A stretch of DNA of 64,000 bases. Source: Setoptus koraiensis (taxonomy: Eukaryota > Animalia > Arthropoda). Shown here in pieces: positions 26,251 through 39,411 of the stretch. The position numbers and the translations under genes were made by a program. Where the stretch lies: contig CM106585.1 of the NCBI GenBank assembly GCA_048013815.1, positions 17,298,001 to 17,362,000 on the forward strand, written 5' to 3'. Within the stretch, counting starts at the first letter, position 1; each line of letters begins with the position of its first letter. The notes under the pieces are model-generated. The model did no database searches. It saw only the letters and a list, made by a program, of their open reading frames with translations, and had not been told where the DNA came from.

Positions 26251-28724
26251 ATGTTGAATTTTTCGACTGCATTAGCAACATTTAGACAACACCTTGTCCA
26301 AAGTTTAATTTTGTGTGTATGTACGTCGAGCGTTTAATAAATAATAAATTGCAAGAGTGCACTTGTTGTTCGTCGGTGATTGCGCTCTCTCTTGAGACTA
26401 AAGTCATCACCTTAAATGATCTGATCGTGTGATATCTAAGTCCATATGGGAGTTAGTTGGGACCACCACAATCAGCTAACCGATCGGCCAAACAGCTTAA
26501 TGACACCTACACTGATGAAAGGCCAAAGAGAGCGCGAGGGACAGAGAGAAGGAGAAAGGCAACAAAAAACTGTGTGGGCGTTCGTCTATTACGTAGTATA
26601 CCCATACATTGGGGTAAGTGGCTATATTATGACAACATTGCGACCAAACAAAAAAAGACAAGAGGGTTTCCTTCTCGTTTGGTTTCGTTCTTTTCTATTT
26701 GATTTATCAGCATTCTATCGGGCGAAGGAGTGCAAAGGATGTTATTGTACATCATTATCGCTTTGAATTCACTCGCAAGGTAAACCTCTTAGGGCGGACA
26801 CTCAGAACGAAGAGAAAAATGGGCACTTTGATCCCGTAAATCGTGAAATCGTCGAAATGGATATTCTTTTATACAACTTTTTTTTATCTCTCCAAACAAA
26901 AACGTGCGCACATACAATGTTAGATGACGTACATGGCGCGCATGGATTTATGAAAATTTTTCAAAAACTAGGAAAGAGTTGAATCTCCAATGGACCTTTC
27001 CTTCTTTATTTCAACCAAGGGGGTAATTTTCAGTCGGATTTTTGGGCTGATATGTGTACTCGAAAAAGACGTTTACCTTGCCATTGGTTGAGGAGCTCGG
27101 ATACTAATTCAGCAACAACTCTCATCATAGCGGACAATGTGGTATATTTCCACCGTGACAATCAGTTATTCATCGTTAAAGTATCGTGATAAAACCATGC
27201 GTATCGAGAACACTGTGTAGCTAAACCAAACGATCGAGGAAGCCCGGCGAACTTATTTTTGTTTGGACATGAAACATATACCTTAATACTGTTATGTCAT
27301 CACAACCCAGTATTATCTAGTGAATACATTATAGTGAGAACACAATCAACTTTATTCTGGTGAGTATCTATACAATGTTTAAATGTTTATGTCCTCTCTG
27401 AATTCAATAGTTTATACAGTGCATTGTTGTGTCAACCAGTGGTTGAACAAATCGCTCAGACCAGGAGAATGGTCTTGCAAATCAGCTCGCATTTAGATCT
27501 TCGCCGATCTTCAATTCTTGGACTTCCAATACTTGACCATTAACCCGAGCACTATAACAAGTTATGAGACTGCCACAGTAGTGGCCTATACACACGACCG
27601 ATTCACTGAGGAGCAATCGACCCATGACCACCAGTGTAAGGCAGAAACAAAATAAAGTAAGGGTTTAAATAACTGTTCAGAGACCCGCTAAAGCTCCTGT
27701 CTTGCTAAGTAGCAGTGATCAGTCTGCTCTCAATAGATCAGTCAAAGACAATTTGCGTGTAGATGTCGCAACTAATGAGCATTGCGAGTGACAATGAGTC
27801 TTTTGTCATTATCTAGTCGTATTGCAATTAATTCATCATTCATATCGCCATGTTATTTGGCACAAACAAATGTTACGTAATACACGCACACATATTGTGC
27901 GACAGGCCAGTTTATTCTTGTAAGTTAGTGAGTCTCCTGGGCAAATGAACTAGACTGAACAACAGTTTTGTTAGGTCGGCAGGTAATGTTAATAATTGGC
28001 CAAAGAAAAATCTTATATCAAGAGGTCAAGTGGTCAGCAGTTAGACACTCGAGAGATAAAATTGCAGAAAAAATGCACTTTGCTAGACCTATGACAACCA
28101 TGTCATATTTGCCATGAATGTGATTCAAATCTCGCGCAGAGCGGCTTGATGCAAAGTTTGCAAACAATAACCACTCACTATGATCAGTTCAGTGAACAAC
28201 ACTGACACAGTGGTGAGCTTGTGAGTCTAGTAGCTAGCCATTGTTGGCAATAACATTATCTACTATTTACCTGTTTTTCTATCCCAATCATATGATTCTA
28301 TTCATCACAATTGTTTCCTATCCTCTCCTCGTGGAATATTATTATCCATTCAATCGCTATTAAAAAATGAAAGCAAGCCAACTGGATCGCCAGAGGCACA
28401 CAAGTCAAGATAGCTCAACGAATTCGCACCTGAGACATGATCGATTGGGTCTGTCATTTATTACACAGATGAGATGCAAATCTGGACAAAAATAGACTAA
28501 AATAATCTATCACGCTTACAATTTATACATTCCAACATTCTGATATTTCCAGCTTTAGAAAACAACAAAGACAACAGAAACAAACAACAACATACCAGCA
28601 GTATTATTGCATCGAGCCAGATTGAGACGAAAAAATTCAACTAGTGGTTACTATGGTTACCGCAGCAATAACGATTCGATTTCAAATGTAAAACGCACAC
28701 GAGATATATCACAAGTCTATTAAT

Positions 28725-29633
28725 ATGAGTGTAGGAATCACTGAGATATGCGAGAACACTAAAATGGGACGCGAGTTTGCGCTCCTCGGTAATTATGAAA
28801 CTAGTCTTGTTTATTATCAAGGTTCTGTTCAGCAAATACACAAGCTTTTGGGTACCATTAATGATCCAGTTAGGAAAGAACAGTGGCAAGAGATTCAACG
28901 AATGATAGCACAAGAATACGAGTATGTAAAGGATGTACACAGTGTATTACAAGGTTTCAAGGGTGATAGTCATAATAACAGAGTCGTTGGACCTAGAGCG
29001 GCTGGATTAAATCGATCTGCCGGACTGAGTTTATCTATGGCCTCAATTGATTCGTTCGCAAGGATCGATTCAGATAATTATCACTACAATGGCAATCACG
29101 TCAAAGATCCTGATGTGTGGCCGGCGCCTCCACCTACCAACGAGTAAGTTTTTGTTGTTGTTTCCTCTTTTTTATTGAGGATCTCTTACTGTTAAACTAC
29201 AAAATCGAATGAAAAACTTATCACATGCTCCTCACCTTCTCTTTAGTTCTAGAAGCATCAAAACTAGGGCCAGCTCATCCGGCCGGCAGGCTAGATCTAC
29301 TCGCCGTGATAATCATGATGGTAGAAGCAAAGCGAATTCTACTTCGAGAAGATCATCGGATGTTTCTATAATCAAGAATCAGCCCCCCAATAATACAAGA
29401 AGAGCAAGTGACATAAATATTAGATCGGCAAACAGGAATCCTGGCTACACTACAAACAATGGACCAGCGCGTAGGACGAGCCAAACTGCATCATTAGTCA
29501 ATAATAACGGCGGTATTTTAGCTAGTATAGCAAAAGATAAGACATCTGGAGCTAAGACAAGCCAGGATGAGGATAGCCAGAGTGAAGGAAAATCCGACAA
29601 GGATGAGATGCGATTTGAAATACATGGACCAGA
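28725..29633 (+). CDS. KATNAL1: Katanin p60 (N-terminal MIT domain and linker; truncated by the gap)
   Basis: EICENTKMGREFALLGNYETSLVYYQG and DPDVWP. Exons 28725-29143 and 29247 to the gap. No AAA domain in the window. Confidence 0.88.
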
Positions 29634-30133
29634 NNNNNNNNNNNNNNNNNNNNNNNNNNNNNNNNNNNNNNNNNNNNNNNNNNNNNNNNNNNNNNNNNNN
29701 NNNNNNNNNNNNNNNNNNNNNNNNNNNNNNNNNNNNNNNNNNNNNNNNNNNNNNNNNNNNNNNNNNNNNNNNNNNNNNNNNNNNNNNNNNNNNNNNNNNN
29801 NNNNNNNNNNNNNNNNNNNNNNNNNNNNNNNNNNNNNNNNNNNNNNNNNNNNNNNNNNNNNNNNNNNNNNNNNNNNNNNNNNNNNNNNNNNNNNNNNNNN
29901 NNNNNNNNNNNNNNNNNNNNNNNNNNNNNNNNNNNNNNNNNNNNNNNNNNNNNNNNNNNNNNNNNNNNNNNNNNNNNNNNNNNNNNNNNNNNNNNNNNNN
30001 NNNNNNNNNNNNNNNNNNNNNNNNNNNNNNNNNNNNNNNNNNNNNNNNNNNNNNNNNNNNNNNNNNNNNNNNNNNNNNNNNNNNNNNNNNNNNNNNNNNN
30101 NNNNNNNNNNNNNNNNNNNNNNNNNNNNNNNNN
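29634..30133. other. Assembly gap (exactly 500 N)
   Basis: Run of N; the round length suggests a placeholder. Confidence 0.99.
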
Positions 30134-30550
30134 ATTGAATATTCGAATTTCTGTTGACAGTTTCATCTGCTCGTTCGATGGTCAGTGTTCGATGGTTGGA
30201 GCTCGAAGTTCGGTGGTCACAATTCGAACTTCGAAACTCGTAATCGATGCACTATAACAAAGCGTGCGCCATTGACTGATTGGTGTGTCTAACTGAATTA
30301 CACATTGTGGCGAGAATGACCATCAAAATCTTACTAAATTCCGCACGCAAGAAATCAACATGTGTATCATGCTGGGATAGAAATTTGGAGAACTTGTATT
30401 TATTCTGTCATCTTTTCGGCTACTCTGATTCGACAGGCATAGATGTTCAACTCCGACATGTTGTCACATACTCGCATCAATATTCCAACGATACTCATCT
30501 TTCCAAAAAATTAAGCGCTCGAGATACTGATTCAATCAGTATCACTTGTT
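30134..30550 (+). mobile_element. 3' half of HINE-like element (family 1)
   Basis: TTCGA-rich satellite, conserved block, then AAATTAAGCGCT and the GATACTGAT-tca-ATCAGTATC hairpin followed by ACTTGTT. Confidence 0.75.
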
Positions 30551-30567
30551 AATTTCGAATTTCGGTT

Positions 30568-31061
30568 GATGTAGCGATCAGTGCCCCGCTCCGATTTTGA
30601 TAAAACTTCTCGTACGGGTATGTCTTGACCCTAATAGACCGGAAAAGTTGGTCCGGAAGTGCGGAAACTTCCGGTTCCGGTTTTACATGAAATTGAAGCT
30701 AGAGGTCTGAAACTCACCAGAGAGACGTTACTGACCACGCTAAACATGATGGCATAATTTTCAGCTCTGTGCGACTTCCGGTTTTCCAGATGTTTAGATA
30801 TATTTGACGTAAGAAGACTTGAAGCGGAGAGATTGGAGCTCCGCTTTGCTCAGGGATGAGTATGTGATGGGTCTGAGAACTCGGTCTACGGCCTCGTATT
30901 CTGGAGGCCGTCACATCTCCGTCGTCGCTCCCGCGACGACTGCGTGCGACGGGAACCCTTCGGGTAGGGTTGATGAGCGCTTCGGGTACTTTTCCGAATC
31001 TTTCATCGATGACCTGAAAAATTAAGCGCTCGAAATACTGATTTGATCAGTATTACTTGTT
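30568..31061 (+). mobile_element. MITE left arm and GC hairpin core fused to a HINE 3' end
   Basis: TIR-like GTAGCGATCAGTGCCCCGCTCCGATTT, CCGGAAGTGCGGAAACTTCCGG, hairpin core at 30870-30990, and subTIR plus hairpin at 31019-31061. Confidence 0.6.
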
Positions 31062-31689
31062 TTTCAAGTTGATGATCTTAGATGTGGGGACAGTTGTGTA
31101 GAAATGAGTGGCAGACATCAAAAATCGATTAGGCTAGATTGTGTATGGCACAGTGCCAGCTGTCTCTAGAAAGTTTCAAGAAATTATCCTGGTGAGAATA
31201 ATTTTTAAAATTTCACCTACTGCACTGGGTGGAAATTTGCCATAACTTTCAGCCGAAGTTCAGGGAAAATCCGTTCGAGGTCGCCTTTTGTACAGTATTT
31301 GTTGTGTGAGTGAGATTGAGTGAGCGATGTGTGGCACATGTGCGTTATCTGCAGGCTCAGTGAGTTAGGGATCTCAGTTGTCGCTTCTTTTCACTCGGGT
31401 ACCACGGTGTACCCGACACGCGCGCGATAACCCCCGTAGAGTCATAAATTGGTTCTGGTCTCGGTACTTATCTCAGTGTTATGGCATGCAGATATAAGCT
31501 AATTTATTGTCTAACGAATCGGCATCGATTCAATCATTTCAATCTTCATAATTTGATAACAATATCACAAAACTTGCAATCAACTCAGTGTTCACAGTTT
31601 GGTAACAATAGGACGATTTGCCGAGTATCAGTAATAAGTCTATTTACAATATGTTAACAATATCACAAATTTACAAAACAACAATGAAC

Positions 31690-32159
31690 AAATTACAATT
31701 TACTAATTTACAGGAGGTGCTCAAAATGTTCGCCTTGGGCTTCGAAACATTTCTCGCAACTTTGAAATCAAGGGCATCTGATGGAAAATTAGAAGATGAC
31801 CCGGTGACCTTCCTCTTCAATAACAATAATGCTTCCCGGTCAGGCATCTCGACTAGACTTCTAGCAAGCACATCACTGAAGACATCCTTAATGAGGTGGG
31901 TCCACAAGAAGTAATCCAGGGGGTGAGATCTGGCGAGCTGGCTGGAAACTCGAACGGGTTTCGATTTGGTCGGAACGGCGTCGCTTGAGACCCTGAACCA
32001 GGGTCTCAAGCGACGCATTTGCCAAATGTGCTGGAGCCCCATCTTGTTGGAAAGTAATATCGTTGAAGGCATCATCGAGTTTATTCTTCATGGCAGGAAC
32101 AACCAGACTAGTTATGAATTCAGGATAGGATATCTTGTTAACCGTACCATGAAAAACAG
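31690..32159 (-). mobile_element. Degenerate DD41D-type Tc1/mariner transposase fragment
   Basis: FHGTVN, FQQDGAPAH and frameshifted PAR-PDLTPLDYFLW, LKRKV. Cut by a HINE end at 32160. Confidence 0.75.
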
Positions 32160-32198
32160 GTGATACTGATTCTATCAGTATCTCGAGCGCTTAATTTT

Positions 32199-33790
32199 TT
32201 AGCGCTTAATTTTAATTAAGCTGCTATTGGGGTGGTGATGATGACTAGATTTATTCACGTGACTATGTAATCCTATGGAGGTTTGACTTAGTCAAATTTG
32301 TGAGAATCCTGCTAGATATTACACATGTATTCCGATGTAGATTTGACTTGGTCTATTATCGCTTTACTCGAAAATATTTCGTATGCAATCCTATGGAGAT
32401 TTGGGGTATTCTATCTAATAGCGCCACACTCCGATTTTCATGAAACTTCTTAGATGGAGCCCACAGGGCCCCTTGACAATACTTTGAGTGGTCCGGAAGT
32501 GCGGAAACTTCCGGTTTCACAGAAAATTCAAGATACAAGCTTGAAACTCGGTATACAGCTGTATATCAACGTGCAAACCACAATGCTGCCGATTTCAGAT
32601 CACCGCCACTTCTGGTTCTTTGGATATTCACCTAAAACCGTGATTTGGGGCATGTCCGGGATGAAGCGGGGTATTCTATGGAATAGCGCCACACTCCGAT
32701 TTTCATGAAACTTCACACCTGGGGCCAGAAAGGCCTCCTGAGAACACTTCTAGTGGTCCGGACGTGCGGAAACTTCCGGTTCCGGTTTTACATAAACTTG
32801 CGGATACAGCTTAGAAACTTAACATAGAGCCTGATATGACTGTGATGACAACGTTGAAGTCATTTTGATATCTGTTGGACTCCCGGTTTTAGAGATAATG
32901 AGCGATCGTAATAGAATTTGGCAGTAGACAGTCTTTTGCACAACCTACTTTCGTGTATGGATTGCAGTCATGTGAGCGGAGGGTAGAGGGCGCAGCCCGA
33001 TACCCGAAGCGCTCATCAACCCTACCCGAAAGGGTCCCGCCGCACGCAGTCGTCGCGGGAGCGACGACGGAGATGTGACGGCCTCCAAATTACGAGGCCG
33101 TAGGCCGAGTTCTCAGAACAATCTCAGGCTTATGTTCGAGTGCAGCGAAGCTCAAATCTGCGGAAAATTTCTTGCTGGCCAAACTGTAGGCCTGTTTATT
33201 AAATATCTTCTCACCCAGATAGGTTTGGAATGAGTTTGTCTACCCGAAAATAGTGAAAATACCCTAAAAAATACCCCAGAAACCGCCAGCGGTCGTCGGG
33301 TATCAAGACACGCCTCCTGTGCAGTACCTCGGTTATCTCGGGAACTAGGAATTTCCGCACTTCCGGAATACCCATTCCGGTATCAAAGTACAATACCTTG
33401 CCCGAAAATATCCAAAATACCCCGAAAAAAGTGTGGCGCTATTAGATAGAAAGTGTTCTTATCCATGGGTCAGAGTTCGATGGTCACAATTCGAAGTTCG
33501 CTGGTGACATTGCGAAGTTCGATGGTCACAAATCGAACTTCGAAATTCGAAATTGAAAATCCGAATCTCTGATGAGAGTTCCATCTGCTCGTTCGGTGTT
33601 CCATGGTCACAGTTCGAAGTTCGGTGGTAACAATTTGAAGTTCGGAGATTGAAAATTCGAATTTCCGATACTAGTTCCAGGTGCTCGTACAGAGTTCGAT
33701 GGTCACAATTCGAAGTTCGATGGTCACATTCCGAACTTCGAAATCCGAAATTGATGCACTGTAACAAAGTGTGCGCCATTGACTAATTGG
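32199..33790 (+). mobile_element. HINE family-1 copy interrupted by a MITE
   Basis: 5' AGCGCTTAATTTTAATTAAG at 32201 and block A; it resumes with the TTCGA satellite and block B at ~33460. Confidence 0.65.
32402..33450. mobile_element. MULE-like MITE with duplicated left arm and GC hairpin core
   Basis: TIR TTCTATCTAATAGCGCCACACT / AGTGTGGCGCTATTAGATAGAA, a second left arm at ~32667, and the core at 32974-33116. Confidence 0.65.
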
Positions 33791-34778
33791 TGAGGTCAAT
33801 ATGAACCTATACCGAAAGTTTCATCAGAATCTGAGTGTGGCACTATTCGCTACAACAACCGACTTGTTTGCTTAATGATACTGAACTAAAGTTACTTTGG
33901 CGCGCATCTTACTTGATTGACATCTACCTGTCACAAAAAGTGGTTTGTTAACTAATTGATTATACCTTTGCCGTTGCCTATTTATCTTTTGTCGTTTAAA
34001 TCGCTCGCTTTACCATACCATTGTTGACGAATGTTCAAACTCTATCCTGTAAACTCATTGTCTGTTTGTGTATTGCACACATGTGACATGTGCTTAAACG
34101 CACAGATAGTGAGTTTATCTGTAGTAGAAATATATATAATGTATGTCCCATGTACTCCAATACACACATGAAAAATAAACTCTAGTTAGGCAATGACGTA
34201 CTTCGTGAAGCAGTCGATAGCGATTAGAATGTGTTTGTTGTTGTTAGTTGTTGTTGACAATGGGCCGTGAAAGTTCATTGCCAACACGGCAATTGGTTTC
34301 ATGATCTGAAATGAGGTCATGCAACCATGTTATTTAGATCTAGTCACCTTATATAATTGGCATGTGTTGCAACTTCGAACGAAGTCTTAAACATCTATGT
34401 TTATTGATGGCCAGAAGTACATGTCCTTGACCTTCTATATCGTTGGTTCAATGCCGGCATGCTCAGCAGTGTTTTGTTCGTGCTTTTCGGAGATGATCTC
34501 ATTTCTAAACTTGGAGGGGAAACATAGTCTCGAATTCTAATATAAATGGCCTCGTTTCATACAATACTCATTTTGGGTGTTCTTTCGATTAGGTCCCCAC
34601 TCAGAATTGAATGAAACTCCGCACACGAGCCCAGTAGGGGCCCCACATTGTGAATTAGGTAGTCCGGAAGTGCGGAAACTCCCGGTTCCGGAGACACAAA
34701 AATGTTGAGATAGAGCTCTGAAAATTCATAATTAGGCAGATGACAACTAGCGGAGCACGAGGAAATAAATTTTGATTT

Positions 34779-35617
34779 ATAGCGCTTAATTATAATTAAG
34801 TGGCTACCGGGGTAGTGATGTTGGATACGTTTATTCACGTGACTATGTAATCCTTTGGAGGTTTGACTTAGTCAAATTTTTGAGAATCCTGCTAGACATA
34901 ACACATGTATTCCTATGTAGATTCGACTTGGTCTATTATCGCTTCACTCGAAAATATTTCGTATGCAATCCTATGGAGATTTGACTAGGTCAAATTTGTG
35001 AGGGGTTCGGTGGTGACAAATCGAAATGCGAAAATTGAAATTTCGAATTCCTCATGAGAGTTTCAGCTGCATTGTCGGAGTTCGATGGTCAGAGTTCCGT
35101 GATCAGGGTTCGATGGTCACAATTCGTAATTCGAAATTGAAAATTCGAATTCCTGATAAAAGTTTCAGCTGCTCGTACAGAGTTCGTTGGTCAGTGTTCG
35201 TAGTTCGATGGCCGGAGCTCGATGGTCAGAGTTCGAAATTCGAATTTCTGATAAAAGTTTCGGCTGCTCAGTCAGTTCGATGGTCACAACTCGATCTCCG
35301 AAATTCGAAATTGATGCACTATAACAAAGTGTGCGCCATTGACTAATTGGTGTGTCTAACCAAACTATTCATTGTGGCGAAACTGACCATCAGAATCTTA
35401 CTAAATTTCGTAAGCAAGCAATCAACACATTTATCATGCTGCGATAGCAATTTGGAGAACTAAGATTTATTCTGTCATCTTTTCGGCTACTCTGATCTGA
35501 CAGGCTTGGATGTGTATCTCCGACGTGTTGTCACATACTCGCATCTATATTCCAACGATACTCGTCTATCCAAAAAATTAAGCGCTCGAGATACTGATTG
35601 AATCAGTATCACTCGTT
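34779..35617 (+). mobile_element. Complete HINE/DINE-1-like non-autonomous Helentron (family 1)
   Basis: 5' subTIR with palindrome (34781), central TTCGA-rich tandem repeats, 3' subTIR (35581) and a 9-bp stem-loop (35590-35610). No ORF. Confidence 0.8.
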
Positions 35618-35622
35618 ATGAT

Positions 35623-35858
35623 ACTAGTAATCGGGTGAGAGATTATCTAGAGACCAATCCATTTGCGAGTGATTTTGAAGTGCTGAGGCCTGTTTTCAAT
35701 TTAGATTGCAGTAGGTCCACTCTATCGAAACTCGATTTGGAATCGCATGTTTCCGCTTCGAAGTTTATTCTCACAAACGAGCATCGGCCTGCTAGGTTGT
35801 TGTTGTATTGTTACGAAAGAGAAGATTGGGGTATTGAGGATTGGCGGTATGTTATTTT
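35623..35858 (+). mobile_element. Tc1 transposase fragment (HTH to pre-DDE region)
   Basis: NPFAS..CSRSTLS..SKFILTNEHR.ARL..DWGIEDWRYVIF, cut just before the expected SDE by a HINE 5' end. Confidence 0.65.
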
Positions 35859-36529
35859 TTAGCGCCTTATAACTAAGTGCTTATGATGTAGTGTTGTGCG
35901 ATCCTGAAGATCATGCATGAGTATCCACGCATGATATGATGGTGGATACTAAATTCGTGCATTTCATAGATGATGCCAGTGAATATTCACGTACCGATTT
36001 ATTTGTAGATATTCACAGTTTTCGATCTTTAGAGTCACGCGCTGTGTGCTTGCAAACATTAGCACTAGTATAATCAGTGCTTAGTGAGTGTGTAGGCTGG
36101 AATGTGCTTGGGAGGTGGGGGGTACACTCAAGCTTGAGATTCAAAAGTTCATCCACCTTCCAAACACACATTCACTAGAGAGGTGGATAGGATTTTGAGT
36201 CTCGGGCTCATGCAAAGGTTCATGTAGCACTGTGCGATACACAATCTGTGCAAGTCTAATCAATCTTCTGTTTCTAGTATCGGCGGTATCTGCCATTAAC
36301 TAGCACATGTGCCTCTACAGTATGTGCGGATTTCGGAACTGTTCTCACCAGGATAATTTCCTGAAACTTCCTAGAGACTGTTAGCACTGTATCACCTACA
36401 ATCTGTGCAGGTCTGATCAATCTTTGATGTCTGCCGCTCATTACTACGCAAGAAACCATCTTCACATCTAAAATCAATAACTCGAAAAAAATTAAGCGCT
36501 CTTATAGTGGTATGATCAGTATAACTTGT
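35859..36529 (+). mobile_element. HINE family-2, short copy
   Basis: The degenerate 5' end matches the reverse complement of 53760-53808. The 3' end is AAATTAAGCGCT-CTTATAGTGGTATGATCAGTATAAC. Confidence 0.7.
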
Positions 36530-37439
36530 GATCGACTGCTGACATGACCTGTCGGTTTATAACTATTTCGTTGAGTTGGTTGTCTATCGTTTGCTACACG
36601 TTCGATGTTCGTTGTAGTGTAACTCTTCGCAGTTCGTTGTAGTGTGATTCTTCGTAGCTCGTTGTAGTGTAATTTTTCGTAGCTCTTTGTAGTGTTAGTT
36701 TCTATTTAACTTTTCGTTTACACTTATCCGCTTGATATTTCGCAATCTCGGCAGAACCTCCATGTAAAGCCGATAAAGGTCCATTCTCCATCGTTATCGC
36801 GGCACTACTGCTGATTTATTTATTATTTATTTAGGAAGTACAGTGAGCGAGGGGGAGGGGCCATATGTATTGCTTCTACGCATGACACGTGTCTTTGCGA
36901 AGCTCAACGAGTCTTGATCATTTTCAAATATAACAACAGCAACAACAACCACTAGATATAGCGACAAAGAAATTGAATTTTCTACCACCAATTATTGTAT
37001 TAATTCTATCACCTAAATGGGGTAAAACAATTTTCGACGCAGCACCCTCCGCAGACGTTCTGCTAATCGTGCAATACGCTCCCAAGCACTTTTGGTCAAG
37101 GAAATTATAGCTCACGAGTGGCGTCGCGGACTAACATTATATTATTTGATTGCATGGTCGGCCCCATAAGACTATGACGATCAAGACACATCGGAATAGC
37201 TAGCCTATAACGCTTGGCAGACGGCATGAAAGAGAACCAGCTCCACAGAAGTAAAATTCGATGGAAAAGAAACTAAAATATAAATTCCAATTCTTCTGTA
37301 CTGTACATGTATGAAGCTTTAAATAAATGAATTGAAATTTATAATTCGACTCGATCTCTCGAAAGAGATAATACGTTCTGTTATTTCTCTATAGTCACAG
37401 TCAAGACTGCGCGTCAGAATTTGATTGATTGATTCTTTA

Positions 37440-37640
37440 ACACTGCACACAATTGTCGCTAGATAGATGCAATTGAGCAAATCTAAAAATGAACCCAAGC
37501 AGATGCCGATTCTTCAAGGAGGAAGTTTTATTTCTAGGTAGGAAGATAAGATAAGGCATCGAACTCGTGCTAGACGAGATGGACTTCCTGAAGAATAGTC
37601 ATACACCAGCCATCAAAAATGAGCTTCCCCTCGAAATGGA
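37440..37640 (+). mobile_element. Gypsy-type reverse transcriptase remnant
   Basis: LDRCN*ANLKMNPSRCRFFKEEVLFLGRKI matches the LKLNPxKCxFxxxEVxFLG motif. Confidence 0.6.
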
Positions 37641-38039
37641 CTTGTAATGCATAATGTACTTCCTCGCCATCTTTTTTCAGCCCAAAAATCTCATTGCTTG
37701 CGCCAAGCATTCGCTTCACCTCAGAAAAGCAGAGTGATCAATTCCAATCACTTGAAACTAAAAGTCTCACCAACCGGGGAACTCCCTCCACCATTTAATC
37801 CCCCCATCTCTCCGTCTGCAGATGGCAAGTTTCTTGGTGACCTTTAAAGTCCCACTAGCCACTTTAGTTCGGCTATACAAATCATCGATAGGAAGATAGT
37901 GGGTACTTAATAATATGTTTATAGGTAATTAATTGAAATTAAATAGTTATCGAAATGCATATTCTATCAGTCCCACCATGTTCATCAACGAGCTACGTGC
38001 GAATAGTGATGTAATAGTTGAGTTAATTAGTAAGTAAGG

Positions 38040-38566
38040 GTACTCACCCACAACCACTAAACTTGCAGATCTGAGAAAGGAGAAGCCTTGTGGAAATACG
38101 CCAATCGCCAAAATGGAATGTGTCAACCACGCAGCTAAGAGACTAGGTACCCACTTGCGCAAGTTAAGAAACGATCCAGCTAATCGCACACTCAGGAAAA
38201 GGAATGAAGGGTCCCAACAGGTTGACATGTCGTCTGATGGACGAATTGACAGCATAGTACGGAAATGCAATTCGTGAGAATAGTGGTGATATTAGAGCAA
38301 TGCAAGATGCAATTGAGGCAATCGTCGACCACAAAAGCTCGACAGATAGTAAAATAAACCACGGCAATTGCCCTCAGGGCGAAGACAGTTGGAGTTGCTA
38401 CAATAGAGCAATAGCTATAGAAAGGAAACAACAGCCACATGCTTAAACTGCTGATCCATGCATTTGGGGGAAGGTCCGCCCAGTAATTAGAAACCTGTCA
38501 GAAGATGATCCTCTCATTAGATGTATTGGTGGTCTAACGCAGAATGCCATCGAATGTTTGAATCCA
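38040..38566 (+). mobile_element. Decayed CxxH-type DDE transposase (Mutator-like/Kolobok-type)
   Basis: KMECVNHAAKRLGTHLRKL, RLT..YGNAIR, HGNCPQGEDSW and RCIGGLTQNAIECLN, with frameshifts and stops. Superfamily uncertain. Confidence 0.7.
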
Positions 38567-39411
38567 CAAGTCATACTGATTAGGTCAGTACCTCGAGCGC
38601 TTAATTTTTTGTATAGTTATGTTGGAATAGAGAAGCCGGAAACTTCCGGTTCTGGTTTTACCTCAAGTTAGAGCTAGAGGTCTGAAAATCACCATACTAG
38701 CCTTCCAAAGGACGCTGAATACAATGGCATAATTTTCAGCTCGGCGCGACTTCCGGTTCTCGAGATATCGGCATACTTATTGGTTTGGAAGACCGGAAGT
38801 TGACGAATTTCAGCTTCGCTGCACTCGGGGATGAACCTGCGATGGGTCTGAGAACTCGGCCTGCGGCCTCGTATTCTGGAGGCCGTCACATCTCCGTCGT
38901 CGCTCCCGCGACGACTGCGTGCGACGGGAACCCTTCGGGTAGGGTTGATGAGCGCTTCGGGTATCGGGCTGCGCCCTCTACCCTCCGCTCACATGACTGC
39001 AAACCATAGACGAGAGTAAGAGACTAGAAGAAATGTTAAAAGCCTCGGAACATGATTCAAGCACAGATCTAGCGCTGTGCCATCTTGTGTGGCGACATAT
39101 CGGAGCCTCTAGGGCGCACGTATTCACTCGTGCGCGCGGATGCTTCGTCCCGAGCGGGATGCCCGCGCGGTTTTTCCTGAAAATCTCCGCAACCGGAAGC
39201 CACACACACGTAAAACGAACTCCATTGTGCTCAGAATGTTCATATCCTGCTGCATATCAAGTTCCATAGCTCTAGCTTGAAATTTGTGTAAAACCGGAAC
39301 CAGAAGTTTCCGCACTTCCGGACCAGCGAATCCGTTGTTTGGGGGCCCTGAGGGCCCCATGTGTGAAGTTTGGTGGAAATCTGAGCGTGGCACTATTCGC
39401 TACAACACCCA
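38566..39411 (-). mobile_element. HINE 3' end fused to MITE core and TIR
   Basis: Hairpin and AGCGCT at 38572-38601, GC core at 38845-38995, and TIR AAATCTGAGCGTGGCACTATTCGCTACAACACC ending at 39411. Confidence 0.6.

Noticed and set aside
27480-27660. Second protease remnant (HYCG-SLIT) on the minus strand
   Set aside because: Too short; no TAAHC, DIAL or GDSGG nearby.
29209-30166. ORFs of 196-309 aa spanning the gap
   Set aside because: Artefacts of translating N; only the katanin part before 29634 is real.
34990-35320. tRNA-derived SINE (GTTCGA B-box-like words)
   Set aside because: GTTCGA is part of the tandem sub-repeat; there is no A-box spacing, cloverleaf or poly(A) tail.
38900-38990. 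Hammerhead ribozyme (TTGATGAG next to hairpins)
   Set aside because: The core is not CTGATGA and there is no GAAA after stem II; HDV-like topology is not evident either.
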